This document shows, one piece after another, positions 37,935 through 48,039 of a stretch of 64,000 nucleotides of DNA; position 1 is the stretch's first letter; the number at the start of each line of letters is the position of its first letter. A program made the position numbers and the translations under genes. A model generated the notes under the pieces. It did not search any database. It was given only the letters and a program-made list of their open reading frames with translations, and was not told where the DNA came from. Source of the stretch: an uncultured Eubacteriales bacterium (lineage in GTDB: Bacteria > Bacillota_I > Bacilli_A > RF39 > UBA660); NCBI GenBank assembly GCA_900319955.1, contig ONQM01000006.1:718-64717 (forward strand), written 5' to 3'.

Positions 37935-39053
37935 ATGGTTTATTTAGATTATGCTGCAGGAGAAAAAATAGATGATGATGTATTAAATTTATATACTAAT
38001 TATCTAAAAGATTGCTATCCTAATCCTAATTCTAATCATACACTTGGAAAAGAAATGATGAAGAAAATAGATGATGCTACTAAAAAATATTTAGATCTTT
38101 TACAACTTGATGATACATATGAAATAGTATATACAAGTAGTGCAACTGAATCTAATAATCTAGCTTTAAAAGGGTGTGCTAAACGTTATAAAAACTTTGG
38201 CAATAAAATTATAATATCTAGTATGGAACACACAAGTATCACTGCTTCTTGTGAAGTACTTTCTAAAGAAGGCTTTGATATAGAGGTGTGTCCAGTAAAA
38301 AGTGATGGTAAAGTAGATTTAGATGAACTTAAAAATATGATAGATGACAATACTATTTTAGTATCAATTACATCACTTGATTCTGAACTTTCAATTAAAC
38401 AAGATTTAGATAAAGTTTTAGAAATTTTGAAAGACTATCCAAATATTCATTTCCATACTGATGCTAGTGGTATAGTTGGAAAAGAAAATTTTAACTTTAA
38501 TGGAATAGATTTAATAACAGTTGCTCCTCATAAGTTTGGTGGAGTAGGAGACTTAAGCCTTCTAGTCAAGAAAAAAGATGTATTTCTAAGTGCCATGATT
38601 TCAGGTGGAAGATCTGCAAGTATTTATAGAGCAGGAACACCTAATACTGCATCAATACTTGCAAATACATTATCACTTGAAAAAGCACTTAATGATCAAA
38701 AGAAAAACTATGATTATGTAGAAAAATTACATAATAAAATAATTAATAATCTAAAAAAATATAAGATTGTTAATATAAATAATTTAGATAAAAGTACACC
38801 ATATATAATTAATTTTAGTGTAAAAGACGTTTTAAGCAATACTTTAGTTGAATACTTAGATGAAAGAGAAATTTATGTATCATCTAAGACTTCATGTTGC
38901 CCAGTCTTCTCTCCATCTAAACTTGTATACGCTTTAACTAAGAATAAGAGCCTTGCAAATGAAAGTATTAGAGTAAGCTTATCAAAAAATGTCAAAGAAG
39001 AAGAAATAGATGAATTCTTAAATGTTTTAGATGAATACTTAGAAAAGATGTGA
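37935..39053 (+). CDS. cysteine desulfurase (class V aminotransferase, NifS/IscS-like)
   Basis: SSATESNN is present. The PLP lysine is in APHKFGG, and the catalytic Cys loop is SKTSCCP. Confidence 0.85.
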   Translation: MVYLDYAAGEKIDDDVLNLYTNYLKDCYPNPNSNHTLGKEMMKKIDDATKKYLDLLQLDDTYEIVYTSSATESNNLALKGCAKRYKNFGNKIIISSMEHTSITASCEVLSKEGFDIEVCPVKSDGKVDLDELKNMIDDNTILVSITSLDSELSIKQDLDKVLEILKDYPNIHFHTDASGIVGKENFNFNGIDLITVAPHKFGGVGDLSLLVKKKDVFLSAMISGGRSASIYRAGTPNTASILANTLSLEKALNDQKKNYDYVEKLHNKIINNLKKYKIVNINNLDKSTPYIINFSVKDVLSNTLVEYLDEREIYVSSKTSCCPVFSPSKLVYALTKNKSLANESIRVSLSKNVKEEEIDEFLNVLDEYLEKM

Positions 39054-39057
39054 TAAT

Positions 39058-39888
39058 ATGGAAAAATATAAAGAAATAGAAAGATCGATAATAAAGAAAT
39101 TTAGAAAAGATATATGGAGCAAATTTGTAAAAGGAGTATCAGACTATCATTTAATAAACGAGGGCGATCATATAATGTGCTGTATATCAGGTGGAAAAGA
39201 CTCATTTTTAATGGCAAAATGTTTAGAAGAGTTAGAGCATCATGGTAATGTTCCTTTTAAAGTAGATTATGTTTGTATGAATCCAGGATATAATGATTAC
39301 AATCTAAATATGATAAAAGATAATGCTAAAATACTTAATGTTAAATTAGAATTCTTTAATAGTGATATATTTGATATAGTAGAAAAAGAATCTAAAAGTC
39401 CATGCTACTTGTGTGCCAAAATGAGAAGAGGATGTTTATATAAGGAAGCTGAAAGAAGAGGATGCAACAAAATTGCACTTGGTCATCACTTTGATGATGT
39501 AATTGAGACAAATCTTTTATCAATTCTTTATTCATCTGAAATAAGAACAATGATGCCTTGCCTTCATAGTGAACATTATAAAGGAATAGATTTAATCAGA
39601 CCATTATATTTAGTAAGAGAAAAAAGTATTATTGCATGGAGAGACTATAACAATTTAACATTTATTAATTGTGCTTGTCGCTTTACTGAAGGGTGCTCAA
39701 TAATAAATGACGGAACAAGTAAGAGAAAAGAAGTTAAAGAGTTAATTAAAGAACTTGAAAAGAAAAATAAGAATGCAGCCTATAACATATTTAAAGCTTA
39801 TGACAATGTTAATTTAGCCTGCGTTTTGGGTACTAAAAAAGATGGAGTTTATAGAAGCTTCCTAGAAGATTATAATGCTGAAAAATAA
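39058..39888 (+). CDS. ttcA: PP-loop ATPase of the TtcA family (tRNA 2-thiocytidine synthase-like)
   Basis: SGGKDS is the PP-loop. The two CxxC pairs are CYLCAKMRRGC and CACRFTEGC. Confidence 0.7.
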   Translation: MEKYKEIERSIIKKFRKDIWSKFVKGVSDYHLINEGDHIMCCISGGKDSFLMAKCLEELEHHGNVPFKVDYVCMNPGYNDYNLNMIKDNAKILNVKLEFFNSDIFDIVEKESKSPCYLCAKMRRGCLYKEAERRGCNKIALGHHFDDVIETNLLSILYSSEIRTMMPCLHSEHYKGIDLIRPLYLVREKSIIAWRDYNNLTFINCACRFTEGCSIINDGTSKRKEVKELIKELEKKNKNAAYNIFKAYDNVNLACVLGTKKDGVYRSFLEDYNAEK

Positions 39889-40613
39889 CTATCAATAATA
39901 ATATTTATATTATATGCATATTCTATATATGTAAAATGAGTGCCATACTTAAATGTTATAAGTGCACTTTTTTTAATGAGTTTATTTAATTCTTTACCAT
40001 CTTTTAAAGGTGTTATAGCATCCCTTTCTCCCCAAATAATTAAAGTATCAATATTTATTCTTTTATAATATTTTCTTAAGTCCTCATTAACTATATTTTT
40101 AAAAGTATTTGAAAGTTTTTTATCAAGAACTTTATAATCACTTGATGCATATTTGTTAAATATCTTATTTTTATTCTTTGATAATTTAATTCTAATTTTA
40201 TAAATTAAAGTTTTTACTTTATGTTTTATTGACCTATTCTTTAAACCTGCAGTATCAATTAAAACAAGCTTTTTAATATTTAAATTATATTTGGAAAGTA
40301 TAATACTTGCAATTCTGCCTCCAAAAGAGTGAGCGATAATATAAATATTTTTAATACTTTTCTTATTTATAAATTCAAAAACTATATTTGCATAATCATA
40401 TATAGTTAAATCTTTATTTGGAAGAGGCGTATCATTAAAAGATGGATAACTTATTAAATAAATATTATAGTCTTTAAAATAATTTATTATATTATAAAAA
40501 GTAGAATTAACTTCTCCCCATCCTGGAAGAATTATTATGTTTTTATTTTTATATCTATTTATAAAATTAATACCGATTGTCATATCTTTATTTTTATAAA
40601 ACATTCCTATCAC
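39870..40613 (-). CDS. alpha/beta hydrolase
   Basis: IIAHSFGGRIA is a GxSxG nucleophile elbow. The gene is convergent with ttcA and overlaps it by 19 nt. Confidence 0.65.
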   Translation of the reverse strand: MIGMFYKNKDMTIGINFINRYKNKNIIILPGWGEVNSTFYNIINYFKDYNIYLISYPSFNDTPLPNKDLTIYDYANIVFEFINKKSIKNIYIIAHSFGGRIASIILSKYNLNIKKLVLIDTAGLKNRSIKHKVKTLIYKIRIKLSKNKNKIFNKYASSDYKVLDKKLSNTFKNIVNEDLRKYYKRINIDTLIIWGERDAITPLKDGKELNKLIKKSALITFKYGTHFTYIEYAYNINIIIDSYFSAL

Positions 40614-40701
40614 CTAAAATAGTTTATGCAAAAATAAAATAAATGCTTTTACACTTTTGAAATTTATTGTATAATAAAAAAAGAGATAGGATTTGATAAA
40701 C

Positions 40702-43647
40702 ATGTATTTAAAAGAAATAGTAGCATCAGGATTTAAAAGTTTTGCTGATAAGATTGATATAAAATTAGACAATAAAATAACTTGTATTGTAGGACCTAAT
40801 GGATCTGGAAAAAGCAATGTTGTTGATGCATGCCGTTGGGTACTTGGTGAGCAGAGTGTTAAAAATCTTCGTGGTTCATCATCAATGTCTGACATTATTT
40901 TTTCTGGATCTAAATCTAGAAGTGCACTTAATGTTGCAACAGTTGAGCTTATATTTGATAATAGTGACAAATATATAAACTTAAATTATGATGAAATATC
41001 AATAAAAAGAAAAGCATATAGAACAGGTGAAAACGAATACTTTTTAAATGGAGAAAGAGTAAGACTTAAAGACATTACTGATATGCTTTTAGATACTGGT
41101 ATTGGTAAATCATCTTTTAACATAATAGGACAGGGTGAAGTAGATAAGATACTTTCTGGATCTAGCATTTCAGCACGTGAAATAGTTGAAGAAGCAGCAG
41201 GTGTTGTTAAGTACAAAAAAAGAAAAGAAGAAGCAGTTAAGAAACTTGATAAAACCAATATAAACTTAGATAGAGTAGAAGACATTATAAGAGAACTAAG
41301 TATGCGTGTCGAGCCTTTAAAAGCGCAAAGTGATAAAGCTAAAAAATACAAAGAAAACAAAGATGCATTAGAAGAAATAGAAATAGCACTTTTAGCATAT
41401 GATATATATGATTTAAGCGAAAATAAAAAAAGTTTAGAAGATAAGAAAAAGAAGATGGAAGAAGAACTTGCAATAGATGCAGCATCACACTCTAAAGGTG
41501 ACACATTACTTACTAAGTATAATAGCAAAATAGATGAATTAAACAATAAATTATCTTTACTTAATAATAAGCTATTAGAAACTATAAAAGAGTTATCATC
41601 TATTAATAGTGAAAGATTATTATTAGAAGAAAAAGAAAAAAATAAAGATAAAAGTAAAGATGAAGAAAGTTTAAAAGAAGAACTTTTAAAAGAATCAGAT
41701 TTAAATAATAAAAAGAATATACTTTTAAAAGATATTGATAGTATTAATGAAGAAATAAATACACATAGTGAAGATGTAATATCACTTAATAAAGAAAAAG
41801 ATAATGTAAAAGAAAAAATGAATATTAAAAGATCATCTTTTTCTAAAACTGAACAAGATATAATAACAATAAGCAAGAAAATATCATCAATTGAAGAAGA
41901 AATAGAAAGCTTTGATTTTTTACCTATTACAATAAGAAAAGTACTTAATAATAAAAATTTATCTGGTATTATAAATATATTTGGAAATTTAATAAGTACT
42001 GATAATAAGTATGAAGTAGCACTAAGTGTTGCAACATCAGCTTCTAAAAACTTTGTGATAACAGAAACTATGGAAGACAGTAAAAAAGCAGTTGAATACT
42101 TAAAAAATGAACATTTAGGAAGAGCAACTTTCTTTCCACTTGATACAATTAAAGCAAGATATATTGATGCAAATACAATAAATGCATTAGAAGGAGATCC
42201 TGATTTTTTAGGAACACTTGATAACTTAGTATCATATGACAAAAGATATGAAGGTATTGTAAAGAATCAGTTAGGTCAAATACTTATAAGCCCTGATATA
42301 GATAGTAGTAATAGACTTTCTAGAAAAGTTGGAAGAAGATATAGAGTAATAAGCTTAGAAGGCGATACATTTAATGTTGGGGGATCACTTACGGGTGGAT
42401 CTTTAAAGAAAAAAGGTAGTACTATTAATTTAAAACAAGAACTAGGACTTTTAAAAGATAATTTAAAAGAAAAAGAAGAAGAAAAAGAAAAGGTACAAAA
42501 AGAAATAAATAATTTAAGTGTATCTTTAACTGATGTAAATTCTAAATATTATGATTTAAAAGGAAGAGAAGATAATCTAAGAGAGAAATTAAAAAATAAA
42601 CAAAATGAGCTTGAAAACATTAATAATAGTCTTAATAATAGCAGTGTAGTTATAAATAGTTTAAGAAAAGTTATTAAAAGTGATTCTAGTGTAGAACTTG
42701 AAAAACTTCTTAATAAATATAATGATATTAATGCAAATAAAATAAATATAGAAAAAGATATAGAAAATATAAATAAAGAAATAGATGAAGTTAAATTAAA
42801 AATTGATGAAGAAGAAGGAAAATATAAAATAAGTAATGCAAATATGCATAACTTAGAGAAAAATATTAATGAGTTTGCATTAAAAATTAACTCTATTGAT
42901 AATAAACTTGATATAGCACTTAACTCATTAAATGAATATGGAATTACATATGAAAAAGCAAGAAATGATTATCCATTAATGATGGATGCAGATCTTGCTA
43001 GATCTAAAGTTGCATCGTACAAGAAAGAACTTAAAGAAATAGGCATGGTTAATTTAGATTCAATTGCAGAGTATGAAGAAGTTAAAACAAGATATGATTT
43101 CTTATGTTCACAAAAAGATGATCTTTTAGGAGCTATTAATACACTTCATGACATAATGAATGAAATGGATAGTGTAATAGAAGAAGAATTTACTAAAACA
43201 TATTATGAACTTAATACGGAATTTGATAAAGTATTTAAAGAACTATTTGGTGGAGGCCGTGCTGGACTTGAACTAGATGATAAAGAAAATATGTTAACAA
43301 CAGGAATATCAATTATGGCATCACCTCCAGGAAAGAAACTTAAAGGTGTAAGCTTACTATCAGGTGGAGAAAAAACATTAACTGCAATAAGTTTGCTTTT
43401 TGCAATACTAAATATAAGACCAGTACCATTCTGTATATTTGATGAAGTAGAAGCAGCACTTGATGAAGCAAATGTAGATACATTTGGTAAATATTTAGGA
43501 CATTACAAGAATAAAACACAATTCTTAATAATTACACATAAGAAAAAAACTATGGAATATGCAGATACATTATATGGTATTACAATGCAGGAATCAGGTG
43601 TATCTAAACTTGTAAGTGTAAAATTAAATGAAAAAACTGTAAAATAA
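40702..43647 (+). CDS. smc: chromosome condensation protein SMC, a short-armed variant of about 980 aa
   Basis: MYLKEIVASGFKSFADK...GPNGSGKSNVVDA is the Walker A. A hinge with glycine-rich patches is present. The C-terminal signature LSGGEKTLTAISLLFAI is followed by the Walker B CIFDEVEAALD. Confidence 0.9.
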   Translation: MYLKEIVASGFKSFADKIDIKLDNKITCIVGPNGSGKSNVVDACRWVLGEQSVKNLRGSSSMSDIIFSGSKSRSALNVATVELIFDNSDKYINLNYDEISIKRKAYRTGENEYFLNGERVRLKDITDMLLDTGIGKSSFNIIGQGEVDKILSGSSISAREIVEEAAGVVKYKKRKEEAVKKLDKTNINLDRVEDIIRELSMRVEPLKAQSDKAKKYKENKDALEEIEIALLAYDIYDLSENKKSLEDKKKKMEEELAIDAASHSKGDTLLTKYNSKIDELNNKLSLLNNKLLETIKELSSINSERLLLEEKEKNKDKSKDEESLKEELLKESDLNNKKNILLKDIDSINEEINTHSEDVISLNKEKDNVKEKMNIKRSSFSKTEQDIITISKKISSIEEEIESFDFLPITIRKVLNNKNLSGIINIFGNLISTDNKYEVALSVATSASKNFVITETMEDSKKAVEYLKNEHLGRATFFPLDTIKARYIDANTINALEGDPDFLGTLDNLVSYDKRYEGIVKNQLGQILISPDIDSSNRLSRKVGRRYRVISLEGDTFNVGGSLTGGSLKKKGSTINLKQELGLLKDNLKEKEEEKEKVQKEINNLSVSLTDVNSKYYDLKGREDNLREKLKNKQNELENINNSLNNSSVVINSLRKVIKSDSSVELEKLLNKYNDINANKINIEKDIENINKEIDEVKLKIDEEEGKYKISNANMHNLEKNINEFALKINSIDNKLDIALNSLNEYGITYEKARNDYPLMMDADLARSKVASYKKELKEIGMVNLDSIAEYEEVKTRYDFLCSQKDDLLGAINTLHDIMNEMDSVIEEEFTKTYYELNTEFDKVFKELFGGGRAGLELDDKENMLTTGISIMASPPGKKLKGVSLLSGGEKTLTAISLLFAILNIRPVPFCIFDEVEAALDEANVDTFGKYLGHYKNKTQFLIITHKKKTMEYADTLYGITMQESGVSKLVSVKLNEKTVK

Positions 43648-43699
43648 AAATTTAATTAAAAATTTTGTTGACTTTGCAATTAAAGAGAGTATACTTATT

Positions 43700-44520
43700 T
43701 CTAGGTATATGATTTATGTTTCATTTTTTGAAACATTATATCTTATCTATTTCATATACTTATATGATTTGTGAAGAAGGTAAACTTCAAAGTAGAAAAT
43801 CGTTTGTAATTACCTAGTTGGGTAGTAAGTTTGTTTTAGAGTTTTCTTTAAGACTTACTTATTACTTTTATCTAGAACGATTGGTAAACCGGCATACGTT
43901 TCAAAATGTATGCTGAGTGGGAAGGCCTCCTACTTGTTTCACTCTTTATTATGTGTCTAGTATACAAGACGTGTAAGTACCATGGAATTTAATTATTCTT
44001 GTTCTACTAAAAAGAGTGCAATTCATGATTTATTAATAAGAGAAAGTTACTCTGATAAGAAGTTTGTTAATTCAAACTAAACTAGAAAAGACTTGAATCT
44101 AATTGATTTGAGTCTTTTTTTGAGTCTCCACTTTTTGAACTGAACCTCAAAAGTTGGACAGTTTATAAATAGTTACTAGTTAGAGAATTGTAGTCTACAA
44201 TTTACTTGAGACAATCTTTTTAATCATTCTTTAAAATTGCATCATATGAAATTTTATAATTGCTTTTGATTTTCTCATAAAAAGCTTCAATACTGTAATC
44301 ATAATATTCAGTAAAATATAAATTTCCTAATTTTTCCAATAATTTATTATCACTTTCCCTTCTTCTATTTTTATGGATAAATCCTTTTTCTACTTCTTCT
44401 TTAAATTTCTTTTTTAGTCTATAAATTTGTCTATCACTCATTCTAAGTTCAAATTTTACCTTCTCAATATTTTTTTACTTCATCATTATTCATGAGTCAT
44501 GTATCCTTTCTGTATCAATT
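43700..44520 (-). mobile_element. decayed IS element remnant, consisting of a transposase N-terminal HTH fragment and flanking non-coding debris
   Basis: The minus-strand translation is NIEKVKFELRMSDRQIYRLKKKFKEEVEKGFIHKNRRRESDNKLLEKL, which is the typical HTH region upstream of an rve integrase core. It is interrupted by an upstream stop and truncated after about 75 aa. A perfect small inverted repeat, atgtttc/gaaacat, lies at about 43720. Confidence 0.45.
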
Positions 44521-44641
44521 GATACAATGACTAATTATACCAAAATACTGACATTTTCATGAATTTTTCACATATTTTCTTTATTTGCTTTAAAAAAATT
44601 CTTTATTATGATACAATCTAACAAGGAAAGAGGTAAGATAC

Positions 44642-46267
44642 ATGAAAAATGATGATAAGATATTTATATTTGGTCATAAGAAACCAGATACAGATGCAGT
44701 AACTAGTGCTATTTCACTTTCATATTTAAAAAATAAACTTGGTATGAAAACAGAGCCTAGAGTACTTGGAGAATTAAATAAGGAAACTCAGTATGCACTT
44801 AAGTACTTTGATGTTAAAAAACCAGAATATTTAAATGATGTTAAATTGCAGTTAAAAGATATTGATTATCATAAAGACTTTGTCTTGCTTGAAAATGAAT
44901 CAATATTTGATGGATATCAGTATATGTTAAAAGAAGGTTTAACTGGTATTCCAATAGTAACTGATAAACGTAAATTTGTTGGATTAATTACAATGAAAGA
45001 TTTAATTAGATCATTTATTAGTGATACTGATAATAATTTGCTAACAAGTTATGATAATTTAATTAAAGTTTTAGATGGTGAATCTATTACAAAATTTGAT
45101 GATGAGATTAAAGCTAATGTCTTAGTTGCAAGTTATAAAAGTACAAACTTTATAAATAATGTTAAACTAAAAAATGATACAGCATTAATTGTAGGCGATA
45201 GACACTCAATAATTGAATATGCAGTAAATTCTGGTATTAAACTAATAGTTATTACTGGAAACTCTGAAATACATGATGAACATATTGAAATAGCTAAAAA
45301 GAAACATGTAAATATAATTAGAACTAAATATGATTCGTTTCATACAGCAAAGCTTATTTCACTTGCAAACTATATTAAGACAATGATTAGATCTTATAAT
45401 ACTACTAACTTTGAAGAAAGCGAATATGTTGATACAGTACTTTCTGTAAATGAAAAATTAAGACATACAAATTATCCAGTAGTTGATAAAGATGGTAACT
45501 GTTTAGGACTTCTTAGAATAACAGATTTAAATAGTAAGCATCCAAAGAAAGTTATGTTAACTGATCACAATGAAAAGCTTCAAACAGTTGATGGGATAGA
45601 TGAAGCTGAAATACTTGAAATAGTTGATCACCATAACTTAGGATCAATTACAACAATGCAGCCTATTAACTTTAGAAATATGGCAGTTGGATCATCTAAT
45701 ACAATAATTTATATTATGTATAAAGAAAATAATGTTGAAATACCTAAAGAAATTGCAGGTATGATGCTTTCAGGAATACTATCTGATACATTAATATTAA
45801 AGAGTCCAACAACAACTGATTACGATAGAGAAGCTGTTAAAGAGCTTTCAAAAATTGCAGAAGTTGACTATGAAAAATATGGTATGGATATGCTAAAAGC
45901 GGGTACATCACTTAAAGGCATGTCAATAGAAGATGTTTTATTTAACGATTATAAACTTTATAGTGTTAAAGATACTAACTTTGCAGTAGGACAGTTCTTT
46001 ACAATGAACTTTGATGATATAAAGAAAGATATTGAAAAATATCTAGATGTTATTAATAAAACTGCTAAAGATAACAATTATTCATTAGTATGTCTATATA
46101 TAACTGATATAATTAAAAATGGTAGTTACATACTTTATAGTAATAATGGACAAGGAATAATTGATTTAGCATATGGAAAAGAAATGCATGAAGCAGACTT
46201 TATAGAGGGTTGTGTTTCAAGAAAGAAGAATGTTGTTCCACTAATAATGGATGCATTAGATAATTAA
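44642..46267 (+). CDS. ppaC: manganese-dependent inorganic pyrophosphatase of the DHH/DHHA2 family with an inserted regulatory CBS-domain pair
   Basis: HKKPDTDAV and DHH (..DHHNLG) are present, and the DHHA2 C-terminus carries GMS. A CBS pair of about 250 aa is inserted between them. Confidence 0.8.
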   Translation: MKNDDKIFIFGHKKPDTDAVTSAISLSYLKNKLGMKTEPRVLGELNKETQYALKYFDVKKPEYLNDVKLQLKDIDYHKDFVLLENESIFDGYQYMLKEGLTGIPIVTDKRKFVGLITMKDLIRSFISDTDNNLLTSYDNLIKVLDGESITKFDDEIKANVLVASYKSTNFINNVKLKNDTALIVGDRHSIIEYAVNSGIKLIVITGNSEIHDEHIEIAKKKHVNIIRTKYDSFHTAKLISLANYIKTMIRSYNTTNFEESEYVDTVLSVNEKLRHTNYPVVDKDGNCLGLLRITDLNSKHPKKVMLTDHNEKLQTVDGIDEAEILEIVDHHNLGSITTMQPINFRNMAVGSSNTIIYIMYKENNVEIPKEIAGMMLSGILSDTLILKSPTTTDYDREAVKELSKIAEVDYEKYGMDMLKAGTSLKGMSIEDVLFNDYKLYSVKDTNFAVGQFFTMNFDDIKKDIEKYLDVINKTAKDNNYSLVCLYITDIIKNGSYILYSNNGQGIIDLAYGKEMHEADFIEGCVSRKKNVVPLIMDALDN

Positions 46268-46280
46268 GGAATAAGTATTT

Positions 46281-47117
46281 ATGAAAAATTTAGTATTATT
46301 TTTTAAAGGATTTATTCTTGGAGTTGCAAATATAATTCCAGGAGTATCAGGGGGTACACTTGCAATTACACTTGGTATATATGAAGATATTATTAAAGCT
46401 ATAAGTCACTTCTTTAGCAATTTTAAAAAGAATATTAAGTTCTTACTTCCAATTGCATTAGGTGCAGTTGTATCAATTTTACTTCTAAGTAAAGTAATAA
46501 GCTTCAGCTTAGAAAAAGCACCAGTTGCAACAACACTTTTCTTTATAGGATTAATAGTAGGTGGTCTTCCACTGATATTTAAAAAAATTGAAGGCAAGAA
46601 AGTAAAGAAAAGTTATATAATAAGTTTTATAGTACCTATGGTAATAGTCCTTGGACTAACATTTATAAGTAGTGGAAATAATTACATAAACTTAACAAAT
46701 TTTAATCCATTAATGATTTTAATTCTATTTATTGTAGGAGTAGTTGCATCTGCAACTATGATAATTCCAGGTATTTCTGGATCATTTGTACTTATGCTTC
46801 TTGGATTTTACAAACCAATTGTTAAAACAGCAAGTAACTTAACAAATCTAAATATGTTTGGACATAATATGCTTGTACTTATTCCATTTGGAATAGGAGT
46901 ACTTGTTGGAATTGTTCTAATTGCAAAGTTAATAGAATATTTACTTAAGAAGCATGAAACATCAACATATTATGCAATAATTGGATTTATAATTTCATCA
47001 ATTGCAAGTTTAATTATTGGATTATTTGCATATAAATTAAATGTAGTAGAATTGTTAGTAGGAGTTCTTATGTTTATGATAGGAAGTCTTATAGGTTACA
47101 AGTTAGGAGATAAATAA
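46281..47117 (+). CDS. DUF368 polytopic membrane protein, a family recently implicated in undecaprenyl-phosphate translocation
   Basis: IPGVSGGTLAITLGIYEDII and a second repeat IIPGISGSFVLMLLGFY form the internally duplicated DUF368 signature. Confidence 0.75.
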   Translation: MKNLVLFFKGFILGVANIIPGVSGGTLAITLGIYEDIIKAISHFFSNFKKNIKFLLPIALGAVVSILLLSKVISFSLEKAPVATTLFFIGLIVGGLPLIFKKIEGKKVKKSYIISFIVPMVIVLGLTFISSGNNYINLTNFNPLMILILFIVGVVASATMIIPGISGSFVLMLLGFYKPIVKTASNLTNLNMFGHNMLVLIPFGIGVLVGIVLIAKLIEYLLKKHETSTYYAIIGFIISSIASLIIGLFAYKLNVVELLVGVLMFMIGSLIGYKLGDK

Positions 47118-47935
47118 TGAAAATATTACAAGTTATAATTTTAGGTATTGTACAAGGAATAGCAGAATTCCTTCCAATATCTTCATCAGCACATTTAATA
47201 ATATTTAGAGATGTATTTGGAATAGCAAGTTTTATAAAAGGTGATATGGAACTAACATTTGATTTAGCACTTCACTTAGGAACACTTTTTGCAATAATAA
47301 TATTCTTCTTTAAAGATATAATAAGAATACTTGTTAATGGTTTTTCAAAAGAAAAAGTGCATAAAAAAGGTGGCAATCTTTTATGGCTACTTGCTATTGC
47401 AACAATACCAGCAGGTATTGCAGGAGTACTTTTTGAAGATGCAATAAGTGACTTCTTTAGACATAATTATATATTAATATCGTTAGCATTAATATTTATG
47501 GGAATTGTTTTATATCTTTGTGATAAGAAGTCTAAACAGTCAAGAAAAATGGAAGATTTAGGAGTTAAAGATGCAATAATAATTGGCATTTCACAAGTCT
47601 TTGCACTAATTCCAGGTTTTTCTAGAAGTGGTATGACAATATTAGCTGCTCGTCTTTTAAAAGTAAATAGAGAAGATTCAGCTAAATTCTCATTCTTTCT
47701 GTCACTTCCAGTAGTCTTAGGAGCTTGTGCTCTTAAGCTTTGCAAAGAAAGCACATGGACACTTATTGGAGCTAATGTAGATATATTTATAATAGGAATG
47801 CTTGCAAGTTTTATAACAGGAATACTTTCAATTAAATTTTTACTTAAATATCTTGATAACCACAACTTTAAAGTATTTATGATATATAGAATATTAATAG
47901 CAATAGTAGTAATACTTGTTGTTACAATAAAATAG
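47117..47935 (+). CDS. uppP: undecaprenyl-diphosphate phosphatase UppP/BacA
   Basis: QGIAEFLPISSSAHL and SRSGMTI are the BacA motifs. The start overlaps the DUF368 stop. Confidence 0.9.
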   Translation: MKILQVIILGIVQGIAEFLPISSSAHLIIFRDVFGIASFIKGDMELTFDLALHLGTLFAIIIFFFKDIIRILVNGFSKEKVHKKGGNLLWLLAIATIPAGIAGVLFEDAISDFFRHNYILISLALIFMGIVLYLCDKKSKQSRKMEDLGVKDAIIIGISQVFALIPGFSRSGMTILAARLLKVNREDSAKFSFFLSLPVVLGACALKLCKESTWTLIGANVDIFIIGMLASFITGILSIKFLLKYLDNHNFKVFMIYRILIAIVVILVVTIK

Positions 47936-47960
47936 ATAGCAAAAGTGCTATCTATTTTTT
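47936..47960 (+). terminator. rho-independent terminator after uppP
   Basis: atagca-aaag-tgctat, followed by ctatttttt. Confidence 0.5.
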
Positions 47961-48039
47961 AACAAGAAATTAAGAAAAGGCAACCCCACTAAAAAGTGGA
48001 AAGTCAAATTAAATATAATATTAACTTTTTTTGTCTTCT

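Noticed and set aside
40614-40970. Minus-strand 118-aa ORF spanning the smc start
   Set aside because: It overlaps the conserved smc N-terminus including the Walker A. It has no RBS, and there is a well-formed hydrolase gene immediately adjacent on that strand.
40986-42242. A 418-aa ORF on the minus strand inside smc
   Set aside because: It is antisense to a well-supported SMC coding region. The protein is Ser/Leu/Phe-rich low complexity, typical of reverse frames of AT-rich Lys/Glu-rich genes, and has no RBS or start context.
43650-44200. Possible structured ncRNA (SRP, 6S or RNase P) in the long gap after smc
   Set aside because: I could not find the conserved motifs of these RNAs. The region instead connects to a transposase fragment and is AT-rich debris with only short hairpins. 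I interpret it as an IS remnant.
47467-47865. Minus-strand 132-aa ORF inside uppP
   Set aside because: It is antisense to the conserved uppP gene.
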